The notes beneath the pieces are model-generated. The model saw only the letters and a list, made by a program, of their open reading frames with translations. It did not search any database and had not been told where the DNA came from. A stretch of DNA of 64,000 nucleotides from Azolla caroliniana (taxonomy: Eukaryota > Plantae > Polypodiophyta): contig JBHGNT010000020.1 of NCBI GenBank assembly GCA_043228905.1, positions 11,222,001 through 11,286,000 on the forward strand. Reading direction: 5' to 3'. The position numbers and the translations under genes were made by a program. Positions 26,139 to 38,674 of the stretch are shown here, piece after piece. Numbering within the stretch: the first letter of the stretch is position 1; each line of letters begins with the position of its first letter.

Positions 26139-29100
26139 TGTCGTGGAGAAAACTATCCCTAGGCAGAAACCGAGTATAACGTGCGTAAACCGGCCCTTAC
26201 ATGTGGGCACAAGTTTTGTTGTATAGTACGTAGGTAGGTACAAGTCACCTGAAGCGAAATCCTAGGTAGTACGCATTCGGTAGGGAGGAAATTGAGGCGT
26301 ATCCCTGTCCTTTCGGACAGGGAATAAACATGATGTAACAAGTGGTAACGGCCTCCCTCCTTGGGTTATAAAAGAGAGGGAGAAGTGAGGATAAAATATA
26401 TCGCGTTTGTGGAGGATGAAGTGCTACCGGACTAGAACTAATCGCTTCCCCTCTCCTCTGTCGTCTCCATAATCGTTTTGTGCAGGTTTCAGGAGGCTGA
26501 CTCTGCTCCGCGGGACACCCGAGTGCTCCCGGCAGAGCCTCCATCTCGCGTTCTATCTGTGTGTGTGTGTGTGCGCGCAGGCGTCGGAGCCCATCACTCG
26601 CCGGCTTGCTAGTTGTAACACCTTGATATATATATATACATAAACATTCGTTCTGTCTCCATCTCGTGTTCAGTAGCTAGTTGCCATTCCTGTGATTTTG
26701 TGGGTCTGTGCGCGTGTGAATTACATCGTTAGTTTCCTTCCCTTCCTCTCATTCAGTTATTTCTCGGTCCGAGGCCCCGGTGGTCCCGCCTCGTTCTCCA
26801 CACACACGGGTAACAACGCGACATATTTGGTGAATCCGACGTGAACAGGTGGCAGAGGAATAGAAAGATGAGAGGGTCGGATCTTGCAGATGCCATGGCT
26901 TCGGCTGTGGATCGGATAGTGAGTGCACACGAAGGCACAAGCGCCCTCGATAGGGCTATTGAAGCGGTTGTTGGCACAATAGGCCGGTTTGGTGGGAAGG
27001 ACGCCACGAGCTATTTGGAGGCCTACTGAGCCGAAATGGTGATGAGGGACATCCCAGAGGACATGCGACTGGCTGGATTCCCTCGGGTGGCGATGCCGAG
27101 CATCCACGCGGAGGTACTTGAGGTACGGGCTGAGAGTCGGACCTGGGAAGAGTTTGAAGGTCAACTCCTTGAAAAGTACGGGCTTGATGACGCACTTCAG
27201 CTCTCGAAGCAAGAGTTCATGGAATGGGTGTAGACCCCCGAAAAGGGGAGAAACGCGTGGGTGCTCCTTCGGGAGTTTGAAGAATGCTTCGCACGACTTT
27301 CGGCGTTGGACCGGACCGTGCTGGATATGAGTCGTGTCCTATTGTTTGTTAAATCGGTGGACGCAAGGGATGGGGAACAAGTGGGTTTCTTGCTAGAGAC
27401 CGATGACGGCCTAACAACCGACTGGGCCGTGGTAAAGAGAGTCTGCGACCGTTTTGATAAATGGCGTGAGTGGGTCGATAAAGGCTTGACGGGGGCGGGT
27501 TCTGTTGTGACAAGGAAGGTCGAGGTACCCCCACCAGCGCGAAGGGAAGAGACCCGAGACTGGCTCGAGACCGGCTCGACTTCAACCGGCATGGTCAAAG
27601 GCTTGTCTGGAGGAGCGGCTCTGGAGGAGCTGACTCAGATGGTGAGGGACCTCCAGATCGCGCAAGCACGGAGGGACGACGGTGAACAAGTCCGTGACCA
27701 AAGGCCCCCGGCTGGGTGCCGGTGCTTGTGGTGCGACACGGTTGGCCACGCCCGAAAGGACTACGGGGACTTTGCCGAAGCGATAAGAGCTAATGTGGTG
27801 TACCTATGGAACGGTCGGGTGCACGCTAGCGAGACCCGAAGGGCCCTGGATCTGAATGTCGGATGAGGTGGTATGAAACGGCTGATGGAAGAAGTAGCAG
27901 CTCGTCATGCGGAGACCGTCCACTACTCGGCGTCGGCTGGAATCCGAGTTGGAATCGATGAAGACCGGAAGACGAAGGAAGCCGGATTTTGGTCGGTGAT
28001 GCTGGAAGGCCTCGCCGGCGTAAGCCTGAAGAAAGAAGAAGCAAAACGCGCGGAAAGATGGGTCCGGGAGGTAACCGGGTGGAGTGACCCGGTCGAGGAG
28101 AAGACGGGCTTCGTGGAAGCCGCGTGCCAGAGCTATGAGGTTCTGGTGGAAGAAAAGAGAGCGGGAAAGACTGGGGAGGGGGGGGGGGCGACCCCCCACA
28201 GTGGTATGAGACCCGGTTTGGGCCGAAGCAGAGTGATGTCGGTGCATCCGGCCCACCAGACAAGGCCAAGAAGGTCGGTTATCGGTTGAGCACAGAGATC
28301 GAAAGGACCACGGACCTACAAAAGGTTCTGGAGGAACGGATCCTCGACAACAAACTGGAGTTGTCGCTGAGGGAAGTGCTTGGTATCGCCAAGAAGGAAT
28401 TCCACGACTCCATCGTAGACTTGGTGAAGCGGAAAAGGCTTTCAACGGAGCCGGAGCCAGAGAAGCCGATGGAGGTGCGAACGACGCACCTAGAAGACAT
28501 GGTCTTGGAGGACGAATTGGCGGAAAGCCACTACTCGAGGCTACATTGGGCTAGGGCCACTACGGAAACCCCTATTCGGATCGGGGACGTCTAGGAGCCG
28601 GTGGTGGCGTTGGTAGACCACGATTCGGAGATCAACTTGATGTCCACGGACTTCTACAAGAAGGGAAAGTGGCCGATCAACACCAAGCACGGGTGGAAGA
28701 TACGGGCAGCAACGCACACCATGGAGGAGCTACACGGAGCCTGCCCAAATGTACGAGTGAAAATCGGCGATGTCGAGATCGACCAAAACTTCTTCGTGCA
28801 GGAGACATCCTCTCATCCGGTGATACTCGGAGAACCGTACAACATGACAGCGCACATGGAGACAAAGGTGCTGGACAATGGTTCGGCATATGCACGAGTC
28901 AAGAGCCAGGATGGGCGTCACTCGGTCCAGTTCCTGATGGTGCGACCAAACCATGAGTGTAACCGCGAGACCCTTGGCGCCGAAAACCGAGGGGATGTTT
29001 AGAGAGGGCTATCAAGGCGTGGGGCCGCGATAGTCCGGACATCCCGGAAAACCCCCACACATGTACTATAGGCGAAAGGACTTGTACCATAGGTAGAAAC

Positions 29101-32100
29101 TTTTGGTTCTCCGATAGCGGTAGTTGTACGATAGCCAGCGTAGCTGGCCACAAAAAGAAGCGGGCGAAGGAGCGACTTCGGGCATGCGGAGTCCTCGGCC
29201 CTGAAGAGGAAATCAACGGAGCCGTGGAGGCGGTCTCTTTCGATGACACCTTGGGGAAGTTACGGGAGGTGTTCGGAGAAGGCCTTAATGAGGATCGGAC
29301 GATTCCGGTATGTTCGGAAAAGATGTACGAAGTCATCGCCGACTTCAGTAGTGGACTCGAGTCGGATCGGACGGCCCGAGTGGATACGAAGTACAAGACT
29401 GTGGACCAGAAGGTGAGGCTAGTCGTGGCAACCTTGCCAGAAGGCAGCGAGTTACGGATAAAGGGGGTCGCGTCGGACCCAAGTTTACGAGATCTGGCTA
29501 GCATAGGACACATGTTCACCGACATAACGCTACGGGAGCTCAAGATAGGTGGGGGTGGTTTTCTACTGCCAGCGGAAGAGGACCGGTTTCGGGGAATGCT
29601 CGGGAGGCACGGGAAGGCTTTCACATTCTCATCAGAGGAGATCGGGTGCGTAGACCCGAAGGTTGTGGAACGAATGGTGATCTTCACAATACCGCATGTG
29701 CCGTGGAGTCTCAAACCGATTCCGGTACCCCGAGCTCACATCCCGAAGCTGATGGAGCTGCTGAAACAGAAGGTGGAGATGGGCATCCTCGAACCGTCGA
29801 GTGCGCCATATTCGAATCGGTGGTTTACCATGCCGAAGAAGAACGGCACATTGCGCTTCATACAGGACCTACAGTCGGTCAACAAGGTGACCATTCGAAA
29901 TGCAGGTATTGGACCGACCATCAATGAGTTCGCGGAGGCTTTCGCAGGAGGGTCAATCTACTCGGTCGAGGACTTGTACTCAGGCTACGATCAGTTCCAG
30001 CTAGCCGTAGAGGGCAGGGATGTCACGACCATGTGGACTCCTCTCCGCCTAGTTCGGATGTGTACCCTACCGCAAGGAGGAACGAACTCGGTGGCACACA
30101 TGGTGAATGCGATGAACAAGGTGTTGAGGGACTGCATCCCAGACATCACCATGCCGTTTCTGGACGACATCCCGATCAAAGGATGTCCGGTGGAGGACAA
30201 GGACGAGTCTGTCGAGCCCGACGGTTGCCGGAGGTTCGTGACGGATCACATCCGCGACTGCGAGAAGGTGCTACAAAGACTCGAGAGCACGTGACTCACC
30301 TTCTCTGGAGAAAAATCAGCATTTGGACGGCCGGAGATCCTGGTAGTCGAACACCTGTGCGGGCCCTATGGCCGGAAACCGTCCCCGGCAAAGGTAGAAG
30401 CCATCTCCGTGATGAAGGACGATTGCAGGTCGGTTATGGATGTTCGCAGATTCTTGGGTGCATGCGCGTTCTACCACATATGGATTCCGCACTACGCACA
30501 TGTCGTGGAACCGCTCTATGGGCTATTGAAGAAAGGGCGTAGGTTCGAGTGGAGGACGGAGCACACGGAATCGATCCGGAGGCTAAAGGAGGCGCTTTCT
30601 GCAGCACCGGCTCTCCGAAAAGCGGTTTACGGCAAGGAAGTCCCCATCTACGTGACGGTGGACACGAGCCCGACCGGGATCGGGTGGGTGATCAGTCAGG
30701 AGGACAAGGACGGCGTACGGTTCCCGATCCGGTTCGGGGCGAAGGTATTGAGGGAGCGGCAGCGAGGATACGCCCAAATTAAGCGCAAGCTGTGGGGTAT
30801 CGTCTCGGCAGTCAAGGTCAAGAAGGACTATCTGATCGGGATGGAAGTGATCATCAAGATGGACTGCCTACCGATTCTAGGTATGGTCTCCGGATGTGTG
30901 ACTCCGGACCTGGCGATGCTCAGGTGGATCACGTACATCAAGTCCCTGAACCCGGAGATATGACACATCTCCGGAAAAGATAATGCCATGGCCAATATGC
31001 TTTTGAGGGCGCGGTTCAATGACGAGGACGGGCATGGTTTCGGATAACGAGGAAGTCGGTGATGATTTCTTCGGGTCAGCCAACGTAACAACAAGAAAGG
31101 GGAGCACTCCGGCGCTTAACGAATTTGACGAGAGCAAGTACGACGGGGAGTGGCTCCAGATCGGCGGGTTCCTAAAGACAATGACACTGGACGCGGCATG
31201 GACGAAGGAAGAGGCCAGCCGGATTCAGAAGAAAGCATACCGATTCTTTCTACGGGACGGGAGCATATGGAAGCACCCGAAGAGAAGAGACGACATCCCG
31301 CTCCGAGTGGCGGCGAGGAAAGAGGAACAGGAAGAATTGTTGACGGCGTACCACGAGAGTCCCTGGGCCGGACACCACGGGACATGGGCCACATTCGAGA
31401 AGCTAAAGGGGAAGTACTGGTGGCCGGGACGTGCATCGGTTCGTGACAACGTGCGAGAGCTGTCAGGTGCACTCCATAGTCCGACACCGGGACGAGCTCC
31501 ACCCGACCTACCCTCCGACCGTCCACTTCAAGTGGATGGTGGATTTGGTGACGATGTCGATGGGGGTAGGACAGATGCGGTATCTGGTGTTGGCTCGGGA
31601 GGACGTGACAAACCAGGTGGAAGGCCGAGCGTTGTAGAGCAAAACGACCGTGGCCGTGTGCCGATTTCTGATCGAAGAAGTGGTATGCCGGTACGGGTGC
31701 GTAGGTAAGATCGTGGCCGACCGCGGGGAATTGGACGTGCAAGAGGCGGAAGAGTTGTTTGACTGGCTAGGAATTAAACTCTCGCTCACGACGGCGTACA
31801 ATCCGGAGGCTAACAGGAAGGTGGAGCGCGGACACGGGCCGATCGTCAAAGTGTTGGTACGGGCGTGTGGAGGCCATGTCGGGAATTGGCCACGGATCTT
31901 ACCCTATGCGTTGTGGGCGGACCGAACTACGCACAATTCGGTAATCGGGTTCATGCCGGCAGAGCTAATGGACGGGCAGAAGCCGATCATGCCAACGGAG
32001 CAGACAATCTCCTCATGGGCCACGGTGGACTGGAATAACGAGATGAGCCGGGAGGAGCTGTTAGCAGCACGAATTCGGCAGCTGGAACGAAGACCGGAGG

Positions 32101-34523
32101 ATGTGGACCGAGCCGTGGAGAAGATACGGATGGCGAGGCTAAAGAACAAAGGACGGTTCGACTGGACTCACCGACTGAGATCGAAGAAGATTGAGGAAGG
32201 CGACTAGGTTCTAGTGTATGAAAGCAGCCTCAACAACCAACACCGGTCAACGCAGAAGTTTGCAAGAAGGTGGTTCGGGCCTTATGCGGTGACGACTGCC
32301 GTCAATGGGACCTACCATCTCGCAGAGCTCAACGGGACAAGGATGGCGGTACCGGTGGTGGGGAAAAGGGTCAAAGCGTTCAAAAAGCGGCACGAGGCTG
32401 AACCGGACCCGGGCGACCAGCTCGGAATGGATGCCGATCCGGAAGATGAAGGATAACTGTGGGCCGGTCTTCTCCGATAGGAGTCTAATTTTGGCACATA
32501 CCGGTGGATGCGCGGTTAGGTGGGGGCGGATGTCGTGGAGAAAACCGTCCCTAGGCGGAAACTGAGTATAACGTGCCTAAACCGGCCCTTACACGTGGGC
32601 ACAAGTTTTGTTGTATAGTACGTAGGTAGGTACAAGTCGCTTCAAGCGAAATCCTAGGTAGTCCGCGTTTAGTAGGGAGGAAATTGAGGCGTATCCCTGT
32701 CTGAAAGGATAGGAAATAAACATGATGTAACGAGTGGTAACGGCCTCCCTCCTTGGGTTATAAAAGAGAGGGAGAAGTGAGGATAAAATATATCGCGTTT
32801 GTGGAGGACGAAGTGTTGCCGGACTAGAACCGATCGCTTCCCCTCTCCTCTGTCGTCTCCATAATCGTTCTGTGCAGGTTTCGGGAGGCTGACTCTGCTC
32901 CGCGGGACGCCCGAGTGCTCCCGACAAAGCCTCCATCTCGCGTTCTACCTGTGTGTGTGTGTGTGTGTGCGCGTGCACGCGCAGGCGTCGGAGCCCATCA
33001 CTCGCCGACTTGCCGGTTGTAACACCTTGATATATATATATATACATAAACATTCGTTCTGTCTTCATCTCGCGTTCAGTAGCTAGTTGCCATTCCTGTG
33101 ATTTTGTGGGTCTGTGCGCATGTGAATTACATCGTTAGTTTCCTTCCCTTCCTCTCATTCGGTTATTTCTCGGTCCGAGGCCCCGGTGGTCCCGCCTCGT
33201 TCTCCACACACGCGCGTAACAACGCGACATATTTGGTGAACCCGACGTGAACAGGCGGCAGAGGAATAGAAAGATGAGACGGTCGGATCTTGCAGAAGCC
33301 ATGGCTTCGGCTGTGGATCGGATAGTGAGTGCGTGCGAAGGCATAGGCGCCCTCGATAGGGCTATTGAAGCAGTTGTTGGCACGATAGGCCGGTTTGGTG
33401 GGAAGGACGCCACGAGCTATTTGGAGGCCTACTGAGCTGAAATGGTTATGAGGGACATCCCGGAGGACATGCAACTGGATGGATTCCCTCGGGTGGCGAT
33501 GCCGGGCATCCACGCGGAGGTGCTTGAGGTACAGGCTAAGAGTCGGACCTGGGAAGAGTTTGAAGGTCGGCTCCTTGAAAAGTACGGGCTTGATGACGCG
33601 CTTCAGCTCTTGAAGCGAGACTTCATGGAATGGGTGCAGACCCCCAAAAAGGGGAGAAATGCGTGGGTGCTCCTTCGGGAGTTTGAAGAATGCTTCACAT
33701 GACTTTCGGCGCTGGACCGGACCGTGTTGGACACGAGTCGTGTCTTATTGTTCATTAAATCGGTGGACACAAGGGACCGGGAGCAAGTGGGCTTCCTGAT
33801 GGAGACCGATGAAGGCCTAACAACTGACTGGGCCGTGGTAAAGAGAGTCTGCGGCCGTTTTGACAAATGGCGTGAGTGGGTCGATAAAGGCTTGACAGGG
33901 GCGGGTTCTGTTGTGACAAGGAAGGTCGAGGTACCCCCACCAACGCGAAGGGAAGAGACCCGAGACTAGCTCGAGACCGGCTCGAGGCGTATCCCTGTCT
34001 AAAAGGATAGGGAATAAACATGATGTAACGAGTGGTAACGACCTCCCTCCTTGGGTTATAAAAGAGAGGGAGAAGTGAGGATAAAATATATCGTGTTTGT
34101 AGAGAACGAAGTGGTGCCAGATTGGAACCGAGCGCTTCCCCTCTCCTCTGTCGTCTCCATAATCATTCTGTGCAGGTTTCAGGAGGCTGACTCTGCTCCG
34201 CGGGACGCCCGAGTGGTCCCGGCAGAGCCTCCATCTTGCGTTCTATCTGTGTGTGTGTGTGCGCGCACGCGCAGGCGTCGAAGCCCATCACTCGCCGGCT
34301 TGCCGGTTGTAACACCTTGATATATATATATATATATACATAAATATTCGTTCTGTCTCAATCTCGCGTTCTGTAGCGAGTTGCCATTCCTGTGATTCTG
34401 CGGGTCTGTGCGCGTGTGAATTACATCATTAGTTTCCTTCCCTTCCTCTCATTCGGTTATTTCTCGGTCCGAGGCCCCGGTGGTCCCGCCTCGTTCTCCA
34501 CGCACGCGCTTAACAACGCGACA
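26139..34523 (+). mobile_element. Ty3/Gypsy element A1, tandem three-LTR structure: LTRs 26139-26823, 32531-33229 and about 33985-34523 (partial)
   Basis: gag with CLWCDTVGH zinc knuckle, protease VALVDHDSEINLM, RT (DLYSGYDQ, LPQGGTNS, PFLDDIPIKG), RNase H (VDTSPTGIG), integrase (HHCC zinc finger, DRGE, YNPEANRKVER, GPY). Domain order PR-RT-RH-INT. TSD ACGT/ACGT. Many stop codons. Confidence 0.95.
26828..26845 (+). promoter_or_regulatory. Primer-binding site complementary to the tRNA-Trp 3' end (also at 23415, 33234, and minus strand 44705-44722)
   Basis: TGGTGAA(C/T)CCGACGTGAA is the reverse complement of ...TTCACGTCGGGTTCACCA, the 3' end of plant cytosolic tRNA-Trp(CCA) as recalled. It lies 4 nt downstream of the LTR. 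Confidence 0.8.
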
Positions 34524-35503
34524 ACGTACCAGTGGACGTGCGGTTTGGTCGGGGCGGATGTCGTGAAGATTCCTGGCCTTAGCGAGAAAACCGGGAATAA
34601 TGGGAACATCGGCAGGGTGCATCGTGGGCACCCATCCTTATGTATACATGCAAATAATAGGGGGCGCCATAACATAAGTTAATTCGGGATAGGGGATCCC
34701 ATGTATAGTAGGATTTATCCCACAATGTTACGCATCCCGCTCCTTGTTCTATAAAAGGAAGGGAGCATCCCTTGTAAAAGGGTTCCTCATTTTTGAGGTT
34801 CCATAGGTCCCCTTTAGCGGGTTCCATTTTTGGGTTTCTTCATAATAGAGTTTGTTTCCATTTTTGTTCATCAAAGGTTTTTTCTTGCACACTAAGCTTC
34901 GTGTTGTGGGGACAGAGTTGAGTTCCCTCTCTCATGTTTTGTTCGGTCTTTGTTCCCTGTTAGTGTTGTTGTTGTCTCTACGTTGTTGCTATTCGTGACG
35001 AGCCCGAGCGTTCGAAGGCATCGGTCCTTAGCTCTCTCTCTCCCTCATGCAAGATCCCCACTCTTGTAGGTGAGCCTGAGTGCTCCCTGACTGGCGACTT
35101 GGCGACAGAAGACTGCTGTTCCAGAAGAGGCGTGCCCTGCATGAGACTCTAGTCATGTTGACAAAAGACTGCTGTTCCAGAATGTAGGAACCCTCTTTTT
35201 CTCTGTGGTGAAACCAACTTAGCCGGCGTTGCAACGTGCTATGTACATACACATATCTATGTCTATATATATAAAAGGGTGTGTTTCGGGAGTTAGCTTA
35301 GGGGTCTCCAATGCTTAATTGCAGATGTCTGTGATGGTTTGATGAGCTAGTTGTAATTGGTGTGTGTATATGTGTGTGTGCGTGTGCGCGGGCACGGTTA
35401 ACTGGGCCGTGGCCCGTGCTTCTTTTTAGGCCCTTGTACATACGGGTAGGAGGGTCGCGTGGGTACGCGCACGTGCTCTCTTCCTTAGAGAGTTCGGGTC
35501 GCA

Positions 35504-37100
35504 TCCGTTGCACAAGAAACACAAGATAGATAGAAAAATACTCAAGAAGATTGTAGATTACAAAGAAGATTAACCGACATAATACAATGTAGGAGGAGAG
35601 TGCTTGCAGATGGATATACAAAGTGAAGTATAATGCCAACAGTTCCGTCAACCGCTACAAAGCTTGACTAGTAGCAAAGGGCTATGCACAAACACAGGGA
35701 GTTGACTATGAAGAGACCTTTGCCCTGGTGGCAAAGATGACAACCGTGCGGGCTGTGATAGCGCTTGCTGCAATGAAAGGGTGGCACCTCCACCAGATGG
35801 ATGTCAAGAATGCCTTTCTTCAAGGAGAATCAGAAGAGGTGTACATGGTACAACCACCCGACTTCGAATACAATATTCATCTGAAAGCCGTCTGCTGACT
35901 CAAGGAGCCTCTCTACATCCTTGAGCAAGCACCATGTGCTTGACACTCGAAGATAACACAATATCTTCATCGAATCGGCTTCTGAATGTCAAAATCCGAC
36001 AATTCTCTCTATGTAAGAAGCAATTCCGAAAATCCAATTGTCATCATCCTATATGTGGATGATCTGGTCATTGGAGGTGAGCTTCTAGTCGACATCAACA
36101 AGGTCAAGTCCCTCCTCTCCAGCAAATTCAAGATGATAGACATGAAAGAGCTCCATTACTTCCTTAGCATTGAGGTAATCTGGATTCCAATCGGAATAAT
36201 GATCTCTCAACTACACTACATCCTCAACTTGTTATACAAGTTCAGGATGACCGAGTACCAATTTGTGGCAACCTCTCTCGATCGAAACCTCAAACTGGAT
36301 GCCGACTCTGGCACCATAGAGTGTGAGCCAACTAAGTATTGACAAGTGAGTGCTACGATACGTGGGTGGAACGATGGACTATGGCATTCTCTATAAGTCG
36401 GTCACACCAATTCAACTCGAAGGGTACACAGATGCCAACTGGGCCAGCTACAAAGCCGATCAACGATCAACCTCTAGTTTCTTCTTCTCCCTCAGAATTG
36501 GAGCCATCTCCTACAGTAGCAAGAACCAACCCACCGTTGCTCTTTCGAGCACAAAGACCGAATACAGGGGCGCGGCGGTGCCTGCATGTGAAGCCGTATG
36601 GCTCAAGATGATATTGAAGGATTTGGGCATTCCCATCAAAGATCCAATTCCCCTTTATTGCGACAACATGAGTAATATTCATCTCGCTCGGAACCCGATG
36701 TTCCACGCACGCAAGAAGCATATCGAAGTGCACTATCACTTCATTCGAGAGTGCGTTCAGGCTGGAGATGTCAACCTTCAACACATTAACACGAATCTTT
36801 AGACAACCGACATCTTCACCAAAGCCCTAGGAGTCGACAAGCTTCGGCAATTCATGTTAGACCTTAGATTTATGATCCCTGACTTGCCAAGCTTGAGGGG
36901 GAGTACGTCCGAACCGGGTATCAACCAAAGCGGACACCAAACAAAGAGAACAGAATACCGTTCGAATCGGGTACCTAGCCTAGCTCAAACTAGCCTAGTG
37001 TGTGAACACACCCTTGAGAGTGTATGAACACTCAAAGGTCAAAAGTCACACCACTACTCTTTACACATTAACTTCATTCCCCATGACTCATGAGCTTCGA
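35504..37100 (+). mobile_element. Ty1/Copia fragment 1 (RT-RNase H, 5'-truncated)
   Basis: CRWIYKVKY, LVAKGYAQTQGVDYEETFA, HQMDVKNAFL, ILYVDDL, GYTDANWA, ARNPMFHARKKHIEVHYHFIRE. PPT gcttgagggggag at 36891-36903. Confidence 0.9.
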
Positions 37101-37119
37101 TAGTTAATGAAGAGAGAGT

Positions 37120-38062
37120 GATTGCCAAGTGTCTTCTTTTTCCTTTTCATTTCCGGTCGATTTTGTTTAGTGCCGCTTCCTCTTTGGCCTCAATCTCGTC
37201 GGCCAAGGCCCTTTGTATCATTTGCTGGTCTTTGTCCTCCTCTGCCATTTTGGCTACGACCACTACCTAGGAGGTTCTCGGCTACCTGGATGTCTGAGAA
37301 CCTCCATTTTGGCTGTTAGAGGGATATACAGGTACTCAAGAACTTGGGAGGACTTCCCATCTTGTAATTTTCTGATCAACGTTGTGTCCTTGTCGGATAT
37401 TAGAGTTATTGTTGTCTCCGGAACCACGACAATTGACCTCTCCAAGACCACATCTCTCTGTCAGTTATCCTCTGTTTTCTGCCTGTACCAGTGTCCATGG
37501 TCAATCCTTGGTTGTTCTTCCTGTCCAGTCGCATCTTCTTCGGTTGGACATTTTGCTCCGCCACTTCTTGTCTTCTCTTCTCGCTTCGCCTTCTGATGGT
37601 AAAGTCGCTTTAAACCCTTCCTACATTTCTTCGGGACTCATTGGGCGAGTGATGGCGTCCTCTGGTTTCGACTTCCGTACCGAAGTTGCTGGTTTGACAT
37701 TGGCTGATTCCTTATGTTGGGCCGTAGACTCGTGTTGTTCCTTCACTAAGGCATCATCTTCTTGCTATCCACATGAGGCAGAGCCAAAAGTCGTTGCTTC
37801 TTTCCAAGCTGTGATTGTGGTGCCGGGGATCGGATGGGTTTTGACGACTTCTTTTTTGGTAGAGCTAGGCATGGTGGGTATAGTACTGACAGGTACCGGG
37901 CAATGATCGACAACACCTTCCTGCCGGTTTGTAAGACAAGAATTCCTACACTGAGGGTTTCGCCTATCAAGAGATCCCAGTCGACCTTGTCGCTTTCATA
38001 TGTTGCAATGATGAAGCCGACTTTATTCTTCGGCATACCATAGGACTTGAGATGCACACATG
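37120..38062 (-). pseudogene. Decayed accessory ORF, probably from the 3' region of element X (may continue at 22278-21550)
   Basis: Minus-strand coding-like fragments (KVDWDLLIGETL...VLSIIARYLSVLYPP, then charged low-complexity segments) co-oriented with the X gag and lying between nested insertions. The assignment to X is inferred. Confidence 0.4.
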
Positions 38063-38445
38063 TGCAAAAGAATACGTGCAAAACCTTAACAGAGACAAGC
38101 GGGTAACAACAAATAAAAGACACGAGACAAGGAAGATAAGGAAGGTTTAATGCAAAGCTTAATCAACACATCGTACGCAAGAGAGACAGAGAGAGCAGAA
38201 CACAGAAAACTCTATATCAAAACAATACTCTAAAACTCTGTACATAGGATGTGCTCAGAGAGTGCTTTTTTACAAGTCCATACGGATTGACAAAAGTACT
38301 GACACATAATTCAATGCTCATCAATGAGCCCCTACACTAACTCCCAAAAATATATTCCTCCACGGAATATCTATCCAACGGCCTCCCGGTTTACGCATCG
38401 TTATGACCTCTCGTTGCGCACCCAGTTTATGCACCCAGTCTACGT

Positions 38446-38642
38446 TGTCGCATTGTTACGCGCGTGCATGGAGAACGAGGCGGGACCACCGGGGTCTTGG
38501 ACCGAGAAATAGCCGAGAAGGAGGAGAACGGAAAGGCAACATGTGCACTTGCACACGAACAGACACGGGAGCACACAGGAATCACAGTCCAACAACACAG
38601 CAAAACGAGACGACTAGAAGTCCGAGTATATGAACACGTATG

Positions 38643-38674
<32 letters not shown>

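Larger units (their letters stand above)
22279..35503 (+). mobile_element. Large non-autonomous LTR element B: 5' LTR 22279-23410, 3' LTR 34559-about 35503 (truncated), internal region without gag/pol
   Basis: Near-identical LTRs start TGTCGTGAAGATTCC. PBS TGGTGAACCCGATGTGA follows the 5' LTR and PPT-like ggtcggggcgga precedes the 3' LTR. The 2.7-kb GC-rich interior has no recognisable retroviral domains and is interrupted by A1. Confidence 0.85.

Noticed and set aside
37153-37156. CCGG as the right-hand TSD of element B
   Set aside because: It is not preceded by the B LTR end and is likely a chance match.
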